A DNA stretch of 64,000 nt from Polyangiales bacterium (lineage in GTDB: Bacteria > Myxococcota_A > Polyangia > Polyangiales > JADJQN01), in NCBI GenBank assembly GCA_964202905.1, contig CAXNJO010000001.1, positions 288,001 through 352,000 of the forward strand, written 5' to 3'. The number at the start of each line of letters is the position of its first letter. The stretch's first letter is position 1. The translations under genes were made by a program, and so were the position numbers. The notes under the pieces were generated by a model, which did no database searches, had not been told where the DNA came from, and saw nothing but the letters and a program-made list of their open reading frames with translations. Positions 59,472 to 64,000 of the stretch are shown here, in pieces.

Positions 59472-62036
59472 ATGGCGCGCACTTGGATCGATCGATGGGC
59501 CGCTCCCCCCGCGCCGGATGCGGCGGTCGATCCGTCGCGCGAGGCCGCCGCGCACGAGGCCTCTCCGCGCCGCCCGCGCGGCGTTCACGCATGGCGCGGT
59601 CGCCAGGGGCGCGTCGGTGCGACGCGGGGCGTGCGTGCGGTCCGCGCGCTCGGTCGGGCGGCGCTGGTCGGGGCCTGCGTGCTCGGCGGGAGCGTGGTCG
59701 GCGGCAGCGCGCTCGGCGGCTGCGGCGGCGTCGGGATGGCGGCGCGCACGACGCCGAGCGTCGCGGCGACGGCGCCGCCCGTGCCATCCGTGGTCACGCT
59801 CGAGTCGTACGCCGAGGTGCGCCGCGCATGGGAGTCGCTCGCGACGGACGATCCCGCGCGCGCCGCGGTCCGCGAGCGGCTCGTCGCGCTCCTCGCGCGC
59901 GAGGCCGAGCCGGTGATGGAGGCGGGTGACTACGACGGCGTGGTCGATCGGCTCACGGAGATCGTGGCGCTGTTCAGCGCCGACGAGCTCGACCGCGGCC
60001 CGCTTCCGCGCGCGCTGCGGCCCCTCGCGACGTGGCTCATGGAGGAGGGCTCGACGCACGGCGACGAGGCCCGCGTCCTCGCTGCGTATTTCGTGCTGGC
60101 GCGCGCCGGCGGTCCGGACGAGGAGAGCGCGCGGTCCTACGGCGTGCTGCGGGACTGGGGGCGCGAGGCCCGCTCGCGGCTGCCCGACCCGATCGAGCGG
60201 CTCACGGGGCTCCTGAACGTCCATGTGGAGCACGCGCGGATCATCCCCGCGCGCAGCGTCCTCGACGGCCTCGCGGTCCTCTACATCGCGCACACGCAGC
60301 TCTGCCTCGAGGCGATGCGACGCAGCATGGTCGGGCTCGACGGCGGCTGGGAGCGTTGGCGGTTCTCGAGCCTGCAGGCCACGGCGATCCACCAGGCCAT
60401 CGAGCGGCTCGCCTCCGTGCACCTGCGGATCGGCGAGCTCTCCGCGGCGCTCGCGCGGATCGAGGTGTTCCGCGACGAGCCGCATCTGCAGGCCGAGTCG
60501 TTCATCCAGCAGATCGCCACCGCGCGCGAGGACAGCCCCGAAGGCAACGACGCGCTCCTCAACCTCGCGCGGTACTTCATGCCGCCTGCGCGCCGGGAGT
60601 TGTCGACGTCGCGCGCGCTGTGCCTGCTCGGGCGCAAGCGCGCGCCTGAGGACCCGCGGTTCCTGCAGTGCCTCGGCCGCATCGCCGCGCACCAGCGGCG
60701 CTTCCAGGACACGGCCGCCCACTACAGCGCGGCGCGGCGCCTCGCGCCCGGCGAGCGCGCGGTCTACGACGACGCGCTCGCGATCACGTTCGAGTCGCTC
60801 ACCGAGCTGGCCTTCGACCGCGTCACGCGCGACACGAACGCGTACGCCGGACGGATCGACCCGCCCGCTGCGCGCGCCAGCGTCGCGCGCGGCGCCGCGG
60901 ACGCCGACGCCCGTGCGCTCGACGCGCTCGCGCGGGACGCCCGGGACATGCTCGCAGAGCGCCTGCGCCGCTTCCCGTCGACCCCGCTCCGCATCCCCGC
61001 GGAGGAGCAGTATCTGACGCTCGCGAGCGCGGCGTTCGGCGTGGGCGACATCGACACCGCGCGCGCCGACCTCACGCGGAGCCTCGCGATCCGCCCGACG
61101 CTCGAGGCCGAGCAGACGCTCGCGATGCTCGAGGCGCAGCTCGGCGGCCCTTCCCGCGCCGCGGTCGGCTACCGGCGCGCGCTCGACCTGATCCGGGGCG
61201 GGGGCAACGAGCCGAGCGCGCAGCGCGGCGCGGTGCTGCTCCTGCTCGGCGACGCGCTCGCCGCCACCGGGGACGCCGCGCAGGCCGAGCGCATGTACCG
61301 CGAGGCGCTCGTCGCGTTCGCGCGGGCCGGCGAGCACCGGCGCTGGCCGCTCCGCACAGCGATGGCGCCGGCCTACATGGGCCTGCTGCACGACCGACTC
61401 GGCGCACACGCCGAAGCGGTCGAGTCCTTCCGCCGCTCGCTCGGGCGGGCGGTGCCCGACATCGACCCGTACTTCACCATCCTCACGCACCTGCTGACGA
61501 TGCCGCAGGTCGACGCGGCGCTCGGCATGGAGGTGCTCCGCGCGACGCAGGCCAACGCGGAGCTCCGCGACGAGGCGCAGGTGCAGCTCGCGCTCTGGGG
61601 CCGGCTCCTCGCCGCGCGCGCGGGTATCCCCGCCGAGCCCGCGCTCGAGGCCGTGCTGGGCTCGCTCGCGCGGACGGCGGGCTGGACGGGACGGCTCGCG
61701 AAGTTCGGCGCCGGGCGCGCGCCCTACGACGCGCTCCTCGCGGCCGCACCGGGCCCGATCGAGCAGGCCCGCACCCACTTCGCCGAGGGCGTGCGGCGGC
61801 TCGCGGCGGGCGACGAGCCGGGCGCGCGCGAGGCCTTCGCGCGGACGCTCACGCTGCGCGCGGTGGGCGCCGAGGAGTACGAGATCGCGCGGCGCCTCCT
61901 CGCGCTCCCGGTCGGGACGCTGCTCCCCACCCCCGCCGCGGCAGCGCCCGCTGCGGCAGCGCCCACCGCGGCAGCGCCCGCTGCGGCAGCGCCCACTGCG
62001 ACCACGCGCGCCGCCGGGCCGACCGTGCCCCGCTGA
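59472..62036 (+). CDS. Large TPR-like helical protein, probable lipoprotein (start uncertain)
   Basis: LGGC after a hydrophobic stretch; TPR-like repeats (LLLGDAL..GD..QAERMYREAL); C-terminal PAAAA repeats (15-bp units, about 61934-62000). Confidence 0.7.
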   Translation: MARTWIDRWAAPPAPDAAVDPSREAAAHEASPRRPRGVHAWRGRQGRVGATRGVRAVRALGRAALVGACVLGGSVVGGSALGGCGGVGMAARTTPSVAATAPPVPSVVTLESYAEVRRAWESLATDDPARAAVRERLVALLAREAEPVMEAGDYDGVVDRLTEIVALFSADELDRGPLPRALRPLATWLMEEGSTHGDEARVLAAYFVLARAGGPDEESARSYGVLRDWGREARSRLPDPIERLTGLLNVHVEHARIIPARSVLDGLAVLYIAHTQLCLEAMRRSMVGLDGGWERWRFSSLQATAIHQAIERLASVHLRIGELSAALARIEVFRDEPHLQAESFIQQIATAREDSPEGNDALLNLARYFMPPARRELSTSRALCLLGRKRAPEDPRFLQCLGRIAAHQRRFQDTAAHYSAARRLAPGERAVYDDALAITFESLTELAFDRVTRDTNAYAGRIDPPAARASVARGAADADARALDALARDARDMLAERLRRFPSTPLRIPAEEQYLTLASAAFGVGDIDTARADLTRSLAIRPTLEAEQTLAMLEAQLGGPSRAAVGYRRALDLIRGGGNEPSAQRGAVLLLLGDALAATGDAAQAERMYREALVAFARAGEHRRWPLRTAMAPAYMGLLHDRLGAHAEAVESFRRSLGRAVPDIDPYFTILTHLLTMPQVDAALGMEVLRATQANAELRDEAQVQLALWGRLLAARAGIPAEPALEAVLGSLARTAGWTGRLAKFGAGRAPYDALLAAAPGPIEQARTHFAEGVRRLAAGDEPGAREAFARTLTLRAVGAEEYEIARRLLALPVGTLLPTPAAAAPAAAAPTAAAPAAAAPTATTRAAGPTVPR

Positions 62037-62109
62037 GCACCCGCCCGGGCGCGCAGCCCCGGCGCATCTTATCAGAATCGATACATATTGCGCTTGATGC
62101 GCGGCTATA

Positions 62110-63294
62110 TCAAAATTGATATCCGATGCGCGCGGCGCCGCCCAGCGAGACGAGCCCACCCGCCGAGGAGATGACGCTGAGCGTCGGCAGGGCGAGCTCG
62201 ACGGCGAGGCGCGGCGTGAGCCGGTAGGACGCGACCGCGGCCGCGCGCACGAGCAGGCCCGGCTCCCGTGCGCCGCTCGTGTTGAAGAAGCCGCCAACCT
62301 CGAGGCTGCCGCCGAGGTGCAGCGGGAAGGCGAAGGGGCTCGTCAGGTACGCGGCGCCGACGAAGAGTTCGAGCGCGCTCGCGACGCCGAACACGGCCTC
62401 GATTCCGCCCCTTGCCTCGAGCCCCCGCAGCAGCCCCGGGAGCCCGTACCCGACCCGCACGCCGAATTGACCGAGGAAGCCGCCGCCCGGAGAGGGCCCG
62501 GGTGGATCCGGGTACGCCATCAGTCCCGCGCCGCCGAGCGAGAGTTGGGCGAGCCACGGGTGTTCCGCGTCGTCGGCGTAGCGGGCGCGCGCCTCGAACG
62601 CCGCGGCGAGGCGGTCGCGCTCGGCCTGGGCTCGCTCGGCCTCGCGCCGCTCGAACTCGGCACGGGCCCGCGCGGCTTCGGCCTCTGCCTGCGCTTGCGC
62701 CGCCTGCTCGCGCTCGGCCTGCTCGCGCGCCGCCTGCTCGCGCTCGGCCTGTTCCAGGTCAGCCTGCGCGCGGGCCTCGCGCTCGCGCTGCTCGGCGGCG
62801 GCCGCGTCCTCGCCGCCCGTGAGCCGGAGCGCGTCCTCGCCGAGCCCTGCGGGGCGCACGAGGCACGCGAGGATGTCGCGCAGGCGCGCCTCCTGGTCCG
62901 CGTGCACGACGAGCACGTCGAGCTCCTCGACGCGGCGCACGCGCGCGTAGCCCGCGCGCAGGAGCAGGCGGTACTGGCCCTGCAGCGGGTGCACCTCGCT
63001 CACGAGCGTCCACGCCGCGCCGTTGCCCTCGGCGAGCGCGGTCAGCTCGTCCGCGGTGCGCGGGTCGCCAACCAGCGCGCCGCGCCGGATCGCGTCACCC
63101 GCGACCAGCGTGTGACCGGCCGCGCGGAGCGTCGCGGTGAGGGCCTCTTCGAAATCCTCGCGGCGCAGGTCGTCCGCGTTGCCGGCGGGCGGCAGGAGCA
63201 CGACGACGTCCGCGCGCGCGGGCGGGGCGACGAGCGCGACGAGGCACGCGGCGACGGCCGCAGCGAACGGGAGCGACCGGCGAGAGAGCGTCAT
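62110..63294 (-). CDS. Secreted protein with coiled coil and probable C-terminal outer-membrane beta-barrel
   Basis: Signal peptide ending PARA; EQAEREQAAR repeats; amphipathic beta strands ending RIGYQF. Confidence 0.65.
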   Translation of the reverse strand: MTLSRRSLPFAAAVAACLVALVAPPARADVVVLLPPAGNADDLRREDFEEALTATLRAAGHTLVAGDAIRRGALVGDPRTADELTALAEGNGAAWTLVSEVHPLQGQYRLLLRAGYARVRRVEELDVLVVHADQEARLRDILACLVRPAGLGEDALRLTGGEDAAAAEQREREARAQADLEQAEREQAAREQAEREQAAQAQAEAEAARARAEFERREAERAQAERDRLAAAFEARARYADDAEHPWLAQLSLGGAGLMAYPDPPGPSPGGGFLGQFGVRVGYGLPGLLRGLEARGGIEAVFGVASALELFVGAAYLTSPFAFPLHLGGSLEVGGFFNTSGAREPGLLVRAAAVASYRLTPRLAVELALPTLSVISSAGGLVSLGGAARIGYQF

Positions 63295-63326
63295 CGTGGG
63301 AGGCCTCCCCGGGGCCGCGTGAACGA

Positions 63327-63842
<516 letters not shown>

Positions 63843-63887
63843 GGGCGAGTCTTGCCGTGCGCACCCCGCCGCGGCAAGGTCGCGCGC

Positions 63888-64000
63888 GTGAAGACCTCGC
63901 TCACGGGCATCAAGCCGACGGGCACGCCGCACCTCGGCAACTTCCTCGGGGCGATCCGCCCGGCGCTCGCGCTCGCCGACGCCCACCGCTCGATCTACTT
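63888..64000 (+). CDS. trpS: Tryptophan--tRNA ligase, 5' fragment
   Basis: [29 protein letters not shown]-type HLGN motif typical of TrpRS; runs off the window. Confidence 0.88.
   Translation, partial: MKTSLTGIKPTGTPHLGNFLGAIRPALALADAHRSIY

Overview
Very GC-rich bacterial chromosomal DNA. MYXO-CTERM-like tails, FHA/sigma54-type regulators, DUF2330-like proteins and DAG/DLG-linker lipoproteins point to Myxococcota, probably a Polyangia/Sandaracinus-like lineage (inference). The window holds about 54 protein-coding genes and one tRNA-Leu(CAG); I see no CRISPR array, integrase or transposase. Housekeeping content: moaA, rel/spoT, yciH, a trpS 5' fragment, a homogentisate tyrosine-catabolism cluster (FAH-maiA-hppD-hmgA), a TetR-MFP-RND efflux operon, a CPBP-patatin-GDPD operon and three GT-C-like membrane glycosyltransferases. 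The most notable accessory content is: (1) a type IV pilus locus where a PilB/GspE ATPase carries an N-terminal cyclic-nucleotide-binding domain, followed by a TPR protein with a degenerate cNMP domain and a fimU-pilV-pilW-pilX-pilY1 cluster behind a sigma54-type promoter; (2) a Pro/Met-repeat lipoprotein translationally coupled to a JmjC oxygenase; (3) a four-gene MoxR/vWA operon resembling ternary conflict systems; (4) an M23 peptidase-lipoprotein pair; (5) a 16-bp tandem array after the tRNA; (6) a recurrent TAnnnT hexamer 6-10 nt before start codons, suggesting widespread leaderless transcription. All family names come from motif recognition by eye, not from database searches.
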